Assembly (NCBI GenBank): GCA_965215365.1
Contig: CBDCDS010000003.1
Coordinates: 896,001 to 960,000, forward strand
Source: Gammaproteobacteria bacterium
GTDB taxonomy: Bacteria > Pseudomonadota > Gammaproteobacteria > Eutrophobiales > Eutrophobiaceae
Direction of reading: 5' to 3'
DNA: 64,000 nucleotides
Shown one piece after another: positions 1 to 11,260 of this stretch (positions are counted from its first letter, which is position 1; every line of letters starts with the position of its first letter). Below the pieces are notes generated by a model, which was given only the letters and a program-made list of their open reading frames with translations, was not told where the DNA came from and did no database searches. The position numbers and the translations under genes were made by a program.

Positions 1-2
1 GG

Positions 3-1376
3 TTGCGTCCGGAATGGCATCACTATGACGACGACCAGGGTACGCTCAAGGTGGTAATGACCGGCGCAGCTTCCGATCCGACGGAGTGGCAGGCACATAT
101 ACGCAACAAGACCCGACGCGAGATGCTGGCAAAACGGTTTCGCAACGCCGACGACCCGTTCAACATGGTACTGGTACGCGATATGTGGTTGACTGGTTTT
201 GACGCACCCAGCTTGCACACCATGTACATCGATAAGCCAATGCGCGGGCATGGGCTGATGCAGGCCATTGCGCGGGTCAACCGGGTGTTCAGGGACAAAC
301 CCGGCGGGCTGGTGGTCGATTACCTGGGTGTTACCCAGGAACTCAAACAGGCGCTCGCAACCTATACGGAAAGCGGCGGTGCCGGGCAGACGGTGCTCAA
401 CCAGGAGGAAGCGGTGGCGGCGATGCTGGAAAAATACGAAATTTGTTGCGGCCTGTTCCATGGCTTTGATCGTTGCGGATGGCATTCTGGTTCCGCAACA
501 GAACGACTGTCCCTGCTGCCGGCCGCGCAGGAACACATCCTCGTACAGGAGCACGGCAAGGAACGTCTTGTCCAGGCCGTGCGCGCACTGTCCCAGGCAT
601 TTGCCCTGGCTGTGCCGCATGATGACGCGCTGCGTATTCGCGACGATGTGGCGTTCCTCCAGGCTGTACAATCGGCACTGTCCAAGCGCGCTTCGACCGA
701 AGCACAACCCCTGGAGGACCTGGAACATGCCGTTCGGCAGCTTATATCCCGCGCGGTGGCCTCGGCGGGAGTAGTCGATATTTTTGCCGCCGCCGGATTG
801 GAAAAGCCCGATATTTCTATCCTCTCGGATGAGTTTCTTGCTGAGGTGCGCGGAATGCCGCAACGTAACCTCGCAGTAGAGTTACTACAAAAGCTGTTGC
901 AGGGGGAGATTTTTGCCCGCCGCCGCAAAAACATCGTCCAGGCCCGTTCATTTGCGGAGATGCTGGAACAGACCCTGCGTCGTTACCAGAATCGCGCGGT
1001 TGCGGCCGTGCAGGTTATTGAAGAATTGATACGGCTTGCGCGGGAGTTGCACGCGGCGAACGCACGCGGCGAGCAACTGGGTCTGGGGGAAGACGAACTG
1101 GCTTTCTATGATGCCCTGGAGACTAATGACAGCGCGGTGCAGGTGCTCGGAGATGAGATTCTCAGAACCATCGCACGGGAACTGGTAGCGACTGTGCGCA
1201 ATAACGTTACCATTGACTGGACGCTACGTGAGAATGTACGAGCCCATCTGCGGCGGCTGGTGAAGCGCATACTGCGCAAGTATGATTACCCGCCGGACAA
1301 GCAGGAACAGGCAACACAGACGGTGCTGGAGCAGGCGCAGGCATTGCTTGATCATGAACAACAAACCGGTTGTTGA
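3..1376 (+). CDS. hsdR: Type I restriction enzyme R subunit, C-terminal part (5'-truncated by window edge)
   Basis: Helicase motifs [23 protein letters not shown] and [10 protein letters not shown]; C-terminal [17 protein letters not shown] typical of HsdR (DUF3387 region). Confidence 0.93.
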   Translation: MRPEWHHYDDDQGTLKVVMTGAASDPTEWQAHIRNKTRREMLAKRFRNADDPFNMVLVRDMWLTGFDAPSLHTMYIDKPMRGHGLMQAIARVNRVFRDKPGGLVVDYLGVTQELKQALATYTESGGAGQTVLNQEEAVAAMLEKYEICCGLFHGFDRCGWHSGSATERLSLLPAAQEHILVQEHGKERLVQAVRALSQAFALAVPHDDALRIRDDVAFLQAVQSALSKRASTEAQPLEDLEHAVRQLISRAVASAGVVDIFAAAGLEKPDISILSDEFLAEVRGMPQRNLAVELLQKLLQGEIFARRRKNIVQARSFAEMLEQTLRRYQNRAVAAVQVIEELIRLARELHAANARGEQLGLGEDELAFYDALETNDSAVQVLGDEILRTIARELVATVRNNVTIDWTLRENVRAHLRRLVKRILRKYDYPPDKQEQATQTVLEQAQALLDHEQQTGC

Positions 1377-2022
1377 ATTGCTGTCCAGTGAAACGGCCGA
1401 GGTCAACGCCGCCGTTATCTGGCTGCATGGCCTCGGCGCGAGCGGCCACGACTTTGTGCCTATCGTGCCGCAGCTGCAGCTGCCGGCGGACTACGGGGTT
1501 CGGTTTGTGTTTCCAAATGCGCCTTCGATCCCGGTGACGATCAATGGCGGCCTGGTTATGCCGGCCTGGTACGACATCCTGCAGCTGGATAATCTCCGCA
1601 ACCTCGACGAGGCGGGGCTGCGCGGCTCGGCGGGTACCGTCCATGAACTGATCCGGCGCGAACTCGACCGTGGTGTTGATAGTGAGCGCATCGTGCTGGC
1701 CGGTTTTTCCCAAGGGGGCGCGGTGTGCTTCGAGGCGGGGCTGTCGTGCGCGGCGCCCTTAGGTGGGATCATCGCCCTGTCCACCTATTTCCCCACCGCC
1801 ACCAGTGTCGTGATGCAGCCGGCACAGCAACGCCTCCCGGTACTCGTCTGCCATGGTCTGCTGGACTCCATAGTTCCCGAAGCGCTCGGCCGCGCCAGCG
1901 TCGAGAGCCTGCAAGCCCTAGGGCTTGAACCCGAATACCAGACTTATCCCATGGCCCATGAGGTCTGCATGCCGGAACTCAACCACATTGGCCGCTGGCT
2001 TGAGAACCTGCTCGCTACCTGA
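1354..2022 (+). CDS. Phospholipase/carboxylesterase (alpha/beta hydrolase)
   Basis: WLHGLGA, GFSQGG nucleophile motif, HG..D..VP and MAHEV; ATG 1354 ([10 protein letters not shown]) chosen over the longer ORF. Confidence 0.9.
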   Translation: MNNKPVVELLSSETAEVNAAVIWLHGLGASGHDFVPIVPQLQLPADYGVRFVFPNAPSIPVTINGGLVMPAWYDILQLDNLRNLDEAGLRGSAGTVHELIRRELDRGVDSERIVLAGFSQGGAVCFEAGLSCAAPLGGIIALSTYFPTATSVVMQPAQQRLPVLVCHGLLDSIVPEALGRASVESLQALGLEPEYQTYPMAHEVCMPELNHIGRWLENLLAT

Positions 2023-2070
2023 TTTGGTCATCCCTGGCTTCGACTCTGCGCTCTTTGCATCCTCTGTCGC

Positions 2071-3519
2071 TTAACCCAACTTTTCTGACAACAACTCGTT
2101 AACCTGTTTCGGGTTGGCCTTGCCGTTGGATTGTTGCATGACCTGACCGACGAAATAGCCGATCATTTTGCCGCGTTTTTCCGGTGCCGCGTTGCGATAC
2201 TGCTGCACTTGTGCGTCGTTCCCGGCAATGACTGCGTCCACCAGCCGGCTGAGCTCGGCGCGGTCGCTAACCTGCTTGAGCCCCCGTTGTTCAATGATCT
2301 CGTCAACCTCGCCGGCGCCCTCCCAAAGGGCCTCGAAAATTTGTTTGCCCAGCTTGTTGGAGACGGCGCCGTCGGCAATGCGCGTCACCAGCGCGCCCAG
2401 CTGCACAGGGTTGACCTTGCTTTCGGCGCGCGCGCGCGGCTCACGATTCAGCGCTGCGCTCAGCTCCCCCAGCATCCAGTTTGCCACTGATTTGGCTTGA
2501 CCGGGGGCGGCGGCGAGCGCGGCTTCAAAGTAGTCGGCCAGCTCCGGGCTGGCCACCAGGTGGCTGCTGTCATACGCCGACAGACCGTACTGCGCCATGA
2601 AACGTTGTTGTTTTTGTTCGGGCAACTCCGGCAATTCCCGTTGAACTGCTTCGATATAGTCATTATCGATCACAACCGGAGGTAAATCCGGGTCGGGGAA
2701 GTAGCGATAGTCGTTGGCCTCCTCTTTGCTGCGCATGGAGCGGGTTTCATTCCGGTCCGGGTCATACAGGCGGGTTTCTTGGACTACCTCCCGGCCGGCT
2801 TCAAGCAGGTCGATCTGCCGGTCGATCTCATAGTTGATGGCCTGTTCCACAAACCGGAAGGAATTGATGTTCTTGGTCTCGGTGCGCGTCCCTAAGCGGC
2901 TGGCGCCCACCGGCCTGACGGAAACATTGGTATCGCAGCGGAATGATCCCTCCTGCATGTTGCCGTCGGAGATCGCCAGATAGCGTACCAGCGCATGGAT
3001 TTTTTTCATAAGTGCCACCGCTTCGGCGGCGCTGTGCAAGACCGGCTCGGAGACGATCTCAAGCAGCGGCGACCCGGCACGGTTCAGATCGATGCCGGTA
3101 GCGCCGGCAAAACCCTCATGCACGGACTTGCCGGCGTCTTCCTCTAGGTGCGCCCGGGTAATGCCGATGTCCCGGGCGTCCCCGTCCGTCTGAATCGTGA
3201 CCTTGCCGGTACTGACGATGGGCAGTTCATACTGGCTGATCTGGTAGCCCTTGGGCAGATCCGGGTAGAAATAGTTTTTTCTGGCAAACACCGAGTGTTG
3301 CGCAATACTTGCATCAATCGCCAAGCCAAACATCACTGCCATGCGTATCGCTTCCTCGTTGGCCACCGGCAGCACGCCGGGCAGGCCCAGATCCACGGCG
3401 CCGGCCTGGGTATTGGCGGGCGCGCCGAAACGGTTGGCGGCACCGGAGAAAATCTTGCTGCGGGTTGCCAGCTGCACATGCAACTCCAGCCCGATGACAG
3501 CTTCCCATTGCTTCTTCAT
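2071..3519 (-). CDS. gatB: Asp/Glu-tRNA amidotransferase subunit B
   Basis: [42 protein letters not shown]. Confidence 0.98.
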   Translation of the reverse strand: MKKQWEAVIGLELHVQLATRSKIFSGAANRFGAPANTQAGAVDLGLPGVLPVANEEAIRMAVMFGLAIDASIAQHSVFARKNYFYPDLPKGYQISQYELPIVSTGKVTIQTDGDARDIGITRAHLEEDAGKSVHEGFAGATGIDLNRAGSPLLEIVSEPVLHSAAEAVALMKKIHALVRYLAISDGNMQEGSFRCDTNVSVRPVGASRLGTRTETKNINSFRFVEQAINYEIDRQIDLLEAGREVVQETRLYDPDRNETRSMRSKEEANDYRYFPDPDLPPVVIDNDYIEAVQRELPELPEQKQQRFMAQYGLSAYDSSHLVASPELADYFEAALAAAPGQAKSVANWMLGELSAALNREPRARAESKVNPVQLGALVTRIADGAVSNKLGKQIFEALWEGAGEVDEIIEQRGLKQVSDRAELSRLVDAVIAGNDAQVQQYRNAAPEKRGKMIGYFVGQVMQQSNGKANPKQVNELLSEKLG

Positions 3520-3549
3520 TGCGGTTGCCTCAATAAAAATCTGTGTGCC

Positions 3550-5004
3550 CTAGCACCAGCCTGCCGGCGTTTGCGTATGCCAGTCGCTGAGCTGTTGATA
3601 CTGGTGCGCAACGTTGAGCAGTCTGGCTTCGCAGAAGTAGTTGCCGATGATCTGCATCCCGACCGGCAGGCCGTTGCTGAACCCGGCCGGGACCGACACC
3701 GCCGGCAGGCCGGCGAGGTTCACGGATACGGTATAGATGTCGGACCGGTACATGGCAACCGGATCCTGTGTGCGTGCGCCTAAGGGAAACGCGGTAGTGG
3801 GTGAGGTGGGGGTGATGATCACGTCAACCTGCTCCAGTGCCGCGCGCAGTTCATCGCGCAGCAGCCGCCGGAGCCGTTGCGCCTTGAGATAATAGGCGTC
3901 GTAATAACCTGCCGACAGGACATAGGTGCCGATCATTATCCTGCGCTTTACCTCGGCGCCGAAACCCTCACTGCGGGAGCGGCAGAACAGGTCATTGACA
4001 TCTGCGGGGTCGGCGCAGCGATGACCGAAACGCACGCCGTCGTAGCGGGACAGGTTGGAGGAACACTCGGCAGAAGCTATCACGTAATACACCGGGATGG
4101 ACAGGTGGGTATGGGGCAACTCAATCTCCACCACTACCGCGCCGGCCTGTTCCAACGCGTGCAGCGCCGCAGTGACGGCCGCAGCAACGGGTTGCTCCAG
4201 GTCGGGGGTGAAGTACTCCCTGGGCAGGCCGATTTTCAGACCCTTGAGCCCGTCAGTCAGGGTCTCCTGGTAGTCTGCCACCGGCGCCTTGGCGCTGGTG
4301 GCATCGCTCGGGTCGAACCCGGCCATGGCCGCCAGCAACACGGCTGCATCCTCGGCACTGCGGGCGATGGGGCCGCCCTGGTCGAGGCTGGAAGCATAGG
4401 CGATCATGCCGTAGCGGGAGACGCGTCCGTAGGTGGGCTTGAGTCCGGTGACGCCGCACATCGCAGCCGGCTGGCGGATCGAACCGCCGGTGTCGGTGGC
4501 GGTGGCACCCGGCACGATACCGGCACTGACGGCGCAGGCCGAACCGCCGGAAGAACCGCCCGGCACCCGCTCCGGGTCCCAGGGATTGCGCACCGGGCCG
4601 TAGTAACTGGTCTCACTGGACGAGCCCATGGCAAACTCATCCATGTTGGTTTTACCGATCAGCACAGTTCCCGCCGCGGCCAGTCTGGCCACGGCCGTGG
4701 CCTGGTACGGGGCAATGAAGTTATCGAGCATTTTCGAGCCACAACTGGTTTTCAGGCCGCGGGTGCAGAAAATATCCTTGTGTGCAATCGGCACGCCCGT
4801 CAACGGACCGCCCTCTCCGGCGGCCAGCAGCCGGTCCGCAGCGCGTGCCTGCGCCAGTGCGTGGTCGGGGCAGATTGAGATGAAACAGTTCAACGCCGCG
4901 TGGCCCCGCTCAGCCCGCTGCAGGCAATCCTGCACGAGTTCGACGCTGCTAAGCTCTCTCGCGCGCAACCGTCGCGCCAGTTCCGTGAGCGAATGTTCAA
5001 GCAT
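3550..5004 (-). CDS. gatA: Asp/Glu-tRNA amidotransferase subunit A
   Basis: Amidase signature [29 protein letters not shown]; gatCAB synteny. Confidence 0.98.
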   Translation of the reverse strand: MLEHSLTELARRLRARELSSVELVQDCLQRAERGHAALNCFISICPDHALAQARAADRLLAAGEGGPLTGVPIAHKDIFCTRGLKTSCGSKMLDNFIAPYQATAVARLAAAGTVLIGKTNMDEFAMGSSSETSYYGPVRNPWDPERVPGGSSGGSACAVSAGIVPGATATDTGGSIRQPAAMCGVTGLKPTYGRVSRYGMIAYASSLDQGGPIARSAEDAAVLLAAMAGFDPSDATSAKAPVADYQETLTDGLKGLKIGLPREYFTPDLEQPVAAAVTAALHALEQAGAVVVEIELPHTHLSIPVYYVIASAECSSNLSRYDGVRFGHRCADPADVNDLFCRSRSEGFGAEVKRRIMIGTYVLSAGYYDAYYLKAQRLRRLLRDELRAALEQVDVIITPTSPTTAFPLGARTQDPVAMYRSDIYTVSVNLAGLPAVSVPAGFSNGLPVGMQIIGNYFCEARLLNVAHQYQQLSDWHTQTPAGWC

Positions 5005-5082
5005 AGAGGTTAGCGGAAACTACCGTCGTTCCGTCTGGAATGACTCAATGACGGGGTGTGCAGCACTCTGAATCATGAAGGT

Positions 5083-5370
5083 TTATTCCACAAATCTGGG
5101 CACCAGGTAATAACCGTCCTGCGTCAGCGGCGCGTGACGCTGGAAATCGTCGCGTCGGTCCGCTTCCGTCACCCGGTCGGCGCGCAGCGGCGTGACCAGT
5201 TCCAGCGGGTGCGCCAGCGGCTCTACTGCGGCTGTATCGACGGCCTGCAGCTGCGCTGCCAAAGCCAAGATGGCCGCCATATCTTGTGCATATCCGACCT
5301 CGGCTTGCTCAGTAATAGCCAATCTGGCCAGCCAGGCGACCTCACGCACCTGCTTCGTTTCCAGGGACAT
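5083..5370 (-). CDS. gatC: Asp/Glu-tRNA amidotransferase subunit C
   Basis: MSL..V..VAWLARL...VDT..VEPLAHP...LRAD...YLVPR; upstream of gatA. Confidence 0.95.
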   Translation of the reverse strand: MSLETKQVREVAWLARLAITEQAEVGYAQDMAAILALAAQLQAVDTAAVEPLAHPLELVTPLRADRVTEADRRDDFQRHAPLTQDGYYLVPRFVE

Positions 5371-5454
5371 ACGCTCACTCTCGTTGGGAAAAACGCAATC
5401 TATCACATTTCCGTACTTGCCCAAACCATGCACTACTGATAAAGTTAGATTTTA

Positions 5455-5606
5455 GGTAACCTCTAAAAATACCCTCCGTGGTATTTTTAGAGACGGAAAT
5501 GAAAAAGTATGATTTTTCATTTCCTTCATTTTCAAGCACTTACGTGCTTAAAAATGGCAGCACATCCTTGTGCTGCACGGTCACCTCGTGTTTGTGAGAG
5601 GTTCCC
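5455..5606. mobile_element. MITE-like element family A (full copy; terminal inverted repeats GGTAACCTCT/AGAGGTTCCC, several internal hairpins)
   Basis: Terminal inverted repeat plus hairpins ctctaaaaatacc-ggtatttttagag, gaaatgaaaa-ttttcatttc, gcagcaca-tgtgctgc; ends recur elsewhere in the window. Confidence 0.75.
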
Positions 5607-5631
5607 TTTATTTTCATTTGAGAAGGACGCA

Positions 5632-6681
5632 ATGTTCAGCAGGTTACGAGGATATTTCTCCAGCGATCTATCGATAGACCTGGGTACGGCCAATACCCTG
5701 ATCTATGTGCGCGGCAAAGGTATTGTCTTAGACGAGCCTTCCGTGGTTGCCGTGGGCAAAACAGAACACGGCGCGACCAACATGAAGGCTATCCGCGCAG
5801 TGGGCGCCGCGGCCAAGAATATGCTGGGGCGCACGCCCGAGCATATCCAGGCGATCAGACCGCTGAAAGACGGGGTCATCGCAGATTTCACGCTCACCGA
5901 AAAAATGCTCCAGTATTTCATCCACTCGGTGCATGGCGATACTTTTTTCAAGCCCAGCCCCAAGGTGTTGATTTGCGTCCCCTGCGGCTCGACACAGGTG
6001 GAGAAACGGGCGATTCGTGAATCGGCGTTAGGCGCCGGGGCGAGAAAAGTTTACCTGATAGAAGAACCCATGGCGGCGGCGATGGGCGCCGGCATGCCGG
6101 TGGGCGACGCCAGCGGTACCATGATCCTGGATATCGGTGGCGGCACCACCGAAGTTGCCGTGATTTCTCTGAACGGTATCGTTTATTCGGCTTCGGTGCG
6201 CATCGGTGGCGACCGGCTCGATGAGGCCATTATCAATTACATACGCAGGAACTACGGTTCGCTGATCGGCGAAGCGACTGCGGAGAACATAAAAAAGACC
6301 ATCGGTTGCGCGTTTCCACCCGATGAGGTCAAGGAAATGGAGATCCGGGGGCGCAATCTGGCTGAAGGCATCCCGCGCAGCTTTACCATCAGCAGCAACG
6401 AAATTCTCGAAGCGTTGCAGGAGCCGTTGACCGGGATCGTGGAAGCGGTGAAACACGCCCTGGAAAAAACACCGCCCGAACTCGGCTCCGACGTGATCGA
6501 ACGGGGGATCGTATTAACCGGTGGCGGCGCCTTGTTGCAGGATCTGGACCAGCTGCTGATGAAGGAGATTGGCCTTGCGGTTGTGGTGGCCGAAGATCCG
6601 TTGACCTGTGTGGTGCGCGGCGGCGGCCGCTTTCTTGATCTGCTGGATGAACTGGGTGAGGAAATCCTGGTATTTGAGTAG
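5632..6681 (+). CDS. mreB: Rod shape-determining protein MreB
   Basis: [38 protein letters not shown]; start MFSRLRG after AAGGA. Confidence 0.98.
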   Translation: MFSRLRGYFSSDLSIDLGTANTLIYVRGKGIVLDEPSVVAVGKTEHGATNMKAIRAVGAAAKNMLGRTPEHIQAIRPLKDGVIADFTLTEKMLQYFIHSVHGDTFFKPSPKVLICVPCGSTQVEKRAIRESALGAGARKVYLIEEPMAAAMGAGMPVGDASGTMILDIGGGTTEVAVISLNGIVYSASVRIGGDRLDEAIINYIRRNYGSLIGEATAENIKKTIGCAFPPDEVKEMEIRGRNLAEGIPRSFTISSNEILEALQEPLTGIVEAVKHALEKTPPELGSDVIERGIVLTGGGALLQDLDQLLMKEIGLAVVVAEDPLTCVVRGGGRFLDLLDELGEEILVFE

Positions 6682-6695
6682 CGGAGCACAAGGCG

Positions 6696-7553
6696 ATTAA
6701 CACCTTATTCGTCAACAGGCTCTTACCACAAGTCAAGCTGGTATTGTTTGTGCTGGTTTCGATAGCCCTGATGGTGACCGATCACAAGTACCTGCACCTC
6801 GACGTTTTTCGCAGCGGTATCTCCACCATGGTGTATCCGGTCCAGTACACCGCCAGCCTGGTGGTCGAACTGCCGCGCCGGGTGGTCACGGCGTTGGCCC
6901 CGAGGCAGGCCTTGCTGGAAGAAAATGCCCGGCTCCGGGAAGAGCAGCTCAGCCTGCATTCCCGCTTACAGCAGGTGGCTGCGCTGGAAGATGAAAACCG
7001 GCGCCTGCGGGCTTTGCTGGACGCGCCGGTGGCGCTGCATGAGCGGGTGCAGGTAGCGGAACTGATCGGTGTTGAACTGGAACCCTTCCGCAAAAAGGCG
7101 CTCATCAACAAGGGTCAGGCGCACGGGGTATTTGCCGGTCAAGCCCTGGTCAATGCCGGCGGGATCATGGGCCAGATTATTCATGTTTCGCTGTTGTCAA
7201 GCACGGTGCTGCTGCTCACCGATCAGGCGCATTCAATACCGGTGCTGCTGAACCGCAATGGTTTGCGCGCGGTAGCATCCGGCCTGGGTGAAGACAACGT
7301 ATTGACGCTGGAATATATCCCGCTCAGCGCCGACATCAGGGAAGGTGATCTGGTCGTCTCATCCGGTCTGGGGCGGAAATTTCCCAGAGGTTATCCGGTG
7401 GGCGCCGTAGCCAGCGTCCGGCGCGAGCCGGGCGAGTTGTTCGCCAGCGTCCGGTTGACGCCCAGCGCTAAAATCGGCATGACCCGCGAGGCTTTGCTGC
7501 TGTGGCCGGACCCGTCGGACGCCGCGGCCTCCGATATGGCCATGTCACCTTGA
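6696..7553 (+). CDS. mreC: Rod shape-determining protein MreC (probable ATT start at 6696; first ATG/TTG-type start at 6744)
   Basis: N-terminal TM, coiled coil EN.RLR, GDLVVSSGLG..FP.GYPV; synteny. Confidence 0.93.
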   Translation: MNTLFVNRLLPQVKLVLFVLVSIALMVTDHKYLHLDVFRSGISTMVYPVQYTASLVVELPRRVVTALAPRQALLEENARLREEQLSLHSRLQQVAALEDENRRLRALLDAPVALHERVQVAELIGVELEPFRKKALINKGQAHGVFAGQALVNAGGIMGQIIHVSLLSSTVLLLTDQAHSIPVLLNRNGLRAVASGLGEDNVLTLEYIPLSADIREGDLVVSSGLGRKFPRGYPVGAVASVRREPGELFASVRLTPSAKIGMTREALLLWPDPSDAAASDMAMSP

Positions 7554-7569
7554 CGCCGCGCGCCGGACC

Positions 7570-7814
7570 TGGCCCGCAGATCTCACCGAGTGATGCGAAG
7601 ATCGCGCCGGATTGGTTCTGCCTGCGGGTGCCTGCGACCGAAACCATAGCGGTAGCTATGGTTGAACAAGCACGTGCCCGCAGGCAGAACCAAGACCCGC
7701 GAGGGCGCATCAAGCGCAGTGGGTTATGCGGAAAGAGTAGCAGTATGATCATCACTTATTGAGAGCAATGATGTTTCACAAAGCAACAAGCGACTGGGTG
7801 AGATATGCGGGCTA
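7570..7814. mobile_element. MITE-like element family B (full copy; terminal inverted repeats CCCGCAKATCTCACC)
   Basis: TIR ggcccgcagatctcacc ... ggtgagatatgcgggcta; nested palindromes ttggttctgcctgcggg/cccgcaggcagaaccaa; homologous to 22517-22832. Confidence 0.85.
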
Positions 7815-8284
7815 GCGGCAGTGTGGCGATATTGCTCAGCTTTGTCGTCGCCCTGATCCTGACCAGTGTGCCACTGCCGGCAGCGCTGGCTGCGTGGCGT
7901 CCGTCCTGGGTTGCCATGACGCTAATGTTCTGGTGCCTAGTGCTGCCCGACCGGGTCGGCATCGGCAGCGCCTGGGTACTGGGCCTGCTGCTGGATGCGC
8001 AGGGTGGCGCCTTGCTGGGTCAGAATGCCCTGGGGCTTTGCATCATCGCTTATCTGACGTTGCGCCTGCATAAACAAATCAGGGTGTTTCCGCTCTTGCA
8101 ACAATCGGTTGTCATCTGTTTTTACCTGTTGTTGCTGGAGTTTTTCACCCTGTGGATCCGTGGCATCACCGGCGTGCCCCCACAGCACTGGACATTCTGG
8201 GCGCCGGCGGCAAGCAGCATGTTATTATGGCCGTTGTTCTTCTCTGCCATGAACGCGGTGCGCCATAAATATAAAGCCCTCTGA
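7805..8284 (+). CDS. mreD: Rod shape-determining protein MreD
   Basis: Hydrophobic, RPSW..W...P.RVGIG.AW.LGLLLD...G.LLGQNAL; synteny. Confidence 0.95.
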   Translation: MRASGSVAILLSFVVALILTSVPLPAALAAWRPSWVAMTLMFWCLVLPDRVGIGSAWVLGLLLDAQGGALLGQNALGLCIIAYLTLRLHKQIRVFPLLQQSVVICFYLLLLEFFTLWIRGITGVPPQHWTFWAPAASSMLLWPLFFSAMNAVRHKYKAL

Positions 8285-8305
8285 ATAGTCCGCAACCGGC
8301 CTGCC

Positions 8306-10171
8306 ATGGCAACATTGAGCGCAAAAATCCGCACCGACCAGCGTATCGTCCTGGTGCACCGGCGCATTTATCTGGCCGCAACGCTGTGCTTGCTGGTTAT
8401 GCTGATGCTTATGGCACAGGTGTTGCGCCTGCAAGTCATCAGACATGAGCATTTCACTGCCTTGTCCATGGATAATCAGATCAAAATTGTGCCGGTGGCG
8501 CCGCCCCGAGGGCGCATCTTCAGCAGTGACAAGGTGCTGCTGGCCGATAACCGCCTTTCCTTCAGCCTGGAACTGGTGCCGGAACGGGTGACGGACGAGC
8601 CCGCGCTGCTGGCGCAATTAAGCCGGTTTGTTGCCATCTCCGCGCAGGATATTGAGCGTTTCCGGGAACTGAGAAAAGGCCGACGCCGGTTCGAAGGCGT
8701 GCCCCTGAAGTCACATCTGGATGATGCCGAGGTCGCGGTCATTTCAGCGAACCGACACCTGCTGCCCGGGGTGGATGTGGTGGCGAGTTCAGGGCGGTAT
8801 TATCCGCTGGCCCGGAGTCTGGCGCACACGGTCGGGTATGTGGGGATGATCGATGCCGCAGAGTTTGAAAAACTGAACAGGGCCATCTACCGCGGCACCA
8901 ACCATATCGGCAAGTCCGGCATTGAGAAAGCCTACGAAAGCCTGTTGCATGGTTCTCCCGGCTACGAGCAGGTGGAAGTAAACGCCCAGGGCAGAGTCAT
9001 CCGCAACATTTACCGGAAGCCGCCAGAGCCGAGTAAAGACCTGTACCTCACCGTTGATGCGTCCCTGCAGCTGCTTGCGGTACAGGCGTTGAACGACCGC
9101 CGCGGCGCCATTGTAGCGCTGGACAACCGTAGCGGCGCAGTGCTGGTTGCCGCCAGCACACCCGGGTTCGACTCGAACCTGTTTGTCGGCGGCATCGACA
9201 GTAAGGTCTATGCCCGACTGCTGCGGTCAAAGGGCACCCCGCTGTTGAACCGGACCCTGCAAGGGACCTATCCGCCCGGCTCGACCATCAAACCCATGCT
9301 GGCGCTGGGCGGCCTGCAGCAGGGACTGCGCGCACCCGAGGATACCACTTGGTGTCCTGGCTGGTTTTCACTGAAAGGCAGTTCCCGCCGCTACCGCTGC
9401 TGGAAACGGGAAGGCCATGGCCATTTGGACGCGGCCAGCGCCATTTTCCAGTCCTGCGATGTGTATTTCTACGTGCTGGCCCGGGACCTGGGTGTAGATG
9501 CCCTGCACGATACGTTAACGGGCTTCGGCTTCGGCCAACCCACCGGGATTGATATTGGCGGCGAGCGTGCCGGACTGATTCCTTCGACCCGCTGGAAACG
9601 GGAGGCGCTGGGGCAGCCCTGGTATCCCGGAGAGACCATGAGCGTCGGGATAGGACAGGGCGCGACCCTGGTGACGCCTATGCAACTGGCCACAGCGACC
9701 GCGGTGATTGCCAATCGCGGCCGGCAGGTGCGCCCCTATCTGCTCGCGGAAGCGCGAGATTCGGTGACGGGACAGTCAGTCATTCGGGCGGCTGCCAGAC
9801 CCGGGCGCGAGGTAGTCTTCGCAGAGCCCGAGTATTGGGACCGGATCATTCATTCGATGCAGGAAGTCGTGCATGGAGAACGCGGCACGGCACGCGCATC
9901 AGGCGCCGGCGCCAACTACCGGTTTGCCGGCAAGACCGGCACCGCGCAGGTGATTGGCATAGCCCAGGGCGAAGAATACGATGAGGATAAGATCCCCGAA
10001 GAATTGCAGGACCATGCCTTGTTCATTGCATTTGCGCCGGTGGAGGCCCCCGAAATCGCGCTGGCGGTAATCGTTGAAAACGGCGGCGGCGGCGCCCGCA
10101 CCGCGGCGCCGATAGCCAGGGAGCTGCTGGACCACTACTTTCACAAGAAGCGCCGGGAACGCCACGGATGA
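8306..10171 (+). CDS. mrdA: Penicillin-binding protein 2
   Basis: PPRGRI, YPPGSTIK (SxxK), SCD, AGKTGTAQ. Confidence 0.96.
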   Translation: MATLSAKIRTDQRIVLVHRRIYLAATLCLLVMLMLMAQVLRLQVIRHEHFTALSMDNQIKIVPVAPPRGRIFSSDKVLLADNRLSFSLELVPERVTDEPALLAQLSRFVAISAQDIERFRELRKGRRRFEGVPLKSHLDDAEVAVISANRHLLPGVDVVASSGRYYPLARSLAHTVGYVGMIDAAEFEKLNRAIYRGTNHIGKSGIEKAYESLLHGSPGYEQVEVNAQGRVIRNIYRKPPEPSKDLYLTVDASLQLLAVQALNDRRGAIVALDNRSGAVLVAASTPGFDSNLFVGGIDSKVYARLLRSKGTPLLNRTLQGTYPPGSTIKPMLALGGLQQGLRAPEDTTWCPGWFSLKGSSRRYRCWKREGHGHLDAASAIFQSCDVYFYVLARDLGVDALHDTLTGFGFGQPTGIDIGGERAGLIPSTRWKREALGQPWYPGETMSVGIGQGATLVTPMQLATATAVIANRGRQVRPYLLAEARDSVTGQSVIRAAARPGREVVFAEPEYWDRIIHSMQEVVHGERGTARASGAGANYRFAGKTGTAQVIGIAQGEEYDEDKIPEELQDHALFIAFAPVEAPEIALAVIVENGGGGARTAAPIARELLDHYFHKKRRERHG

Positions 10172-11259
10172 AAGAAGTCAGCCTGACGGAAAAACTGCAT
10201 ATCGACGCGCCGTTACTCGGCGGCATTCTGGCGTTGTGTCTGATTGGCTATATCACCTTGTACAGTGCTGGCGGCCAGAGCACGGCCTTGCTGATCCGGC
10301 GTAGCGTGCATCTGGTCATGGCACTGGCAGTCATGTTTGCCATTGCCCAGACGCCGCCGGCGCGCCTGTCCGGGGCGTCGCTGTTGTTCTACCTGGCCAG
10401 CCTGTTACTGCTGACGCTGGTACTGTTTTTTGGTGAAACAGGCAAGGGCGCGCAACGCTGGCTGGGCCTGGGCCCGGTGCGCTTTCAACCTTCGGAACTG
10501 ATGAAACTGGCCCTGCCCATGGTCATCGCCATGTATTTGAGTAAGCAGCTGCCGCCGCCGAGCATAACGAAAGTCTGCATGGCGCTGGTCCTTATCGCCA
10601 TACCGGTATTGCTGGTCGCCAGGCAGCCGGACCTGGGCACCGCGCTGCTGATAGCCGTCAGCGGTTTTGCCGTACTGTTCATCGCCGGCATAAGCTGGAA
10701 ATTGCTGGGGGGATTTGCGTTGCTGGCGCTGTCGTCGGGGCCGGTGATATGGAACCTGATGCATGATTACCAGAAGCGACGCGTGTTGACGTTTCTGGAC
10801 CCGGAGCAGGACCCGTTAGGCGCCGGGTATCATATTATTCAATCTCAAATCGCCATCGGTTCCGGCGGGCTGTACGGCAAAGGCTGGCTGAACGGGACCC
10901 AGTCGCACCTGGAATTCCTGCCGGAGCGGACTACGGACTTCATTTTTGCGGTGTTCTGCGAGGAATTCGGACTGATCGGGGTGTGCCTCCTGGTAAGCCT
11001 GTACCTGTTCATCATTGCCAGAGGGCTGTATATTTCCGTACAGTCCCAACAGCTGTATGGAAAGTTGCTGGGAACGGGTGTTACCGCGGCATTTTTTGTC
11101 TATATTGCCGTTAATATGGGGATGGTGACGGGGCAATTGCCCGTAGTCGGCATACCGCTGCCGTTAATCAGCCATGGCGGCACTTCCATGATGACGATGA
11201 TGGCAGGATTCGGTATCCTCATGGCTATTCACACCCATAAACGAATACTGTCGGATTGA
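10168..11259 (+). CDS. rodA: SEDS peptidoglycan glycosyltransferase RodA
   Basis: GAQRW, FQPSE.MK, QPDLGT, GYHIIQS.IAIGSGG, FLPE..TDFIF. Confidence 0.97.
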   Translation: MKEVSLTEKLHIDAPLLGGILALCLIGYITLYSAGGQSTALLIRRSVHLVMALAVMFAIAQTPPARLSGASLLFYLASLLLLTLVLFFGETGKGAQRWLGLGPVRFQPSELMKLALPMVIAMYLSKQLPPPSITKVCMALVLIAIPVLLVARQPDLGTALLIAVSGFAVLFIAGISWKLLGGFALLALSSGPVIWNLMHDYQKRRVLTFLDPEQDPLGAGYHIIQSQIAIGSGGLYGKGWLNGTQSHLEFLPERTTDFIFAVFCEEFGLIGVCLLVSLYLFIIARGLYISVQSQQLYGKLLGTGVTAAFFVYIAVNMGMVTGQLPVVGIPLPLISHGGTSMMTMMAGFGILMAIHTHKRILSD

Positions 11260-11260
11260 T

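Noticed and set aside
5509-5631. N-terminal extension of MreB in the ORF track
   Set aside because: Derived from the family A element; the conserved start with an RBS is at 5632
7468-7762. ORFs 7468-7755/7502-7762 and the similar 22516-22770 (MIILLLFPHN...) as a small protein family
   Set aside because: They are translations of the family B MITE; similarity is explained by the repeat
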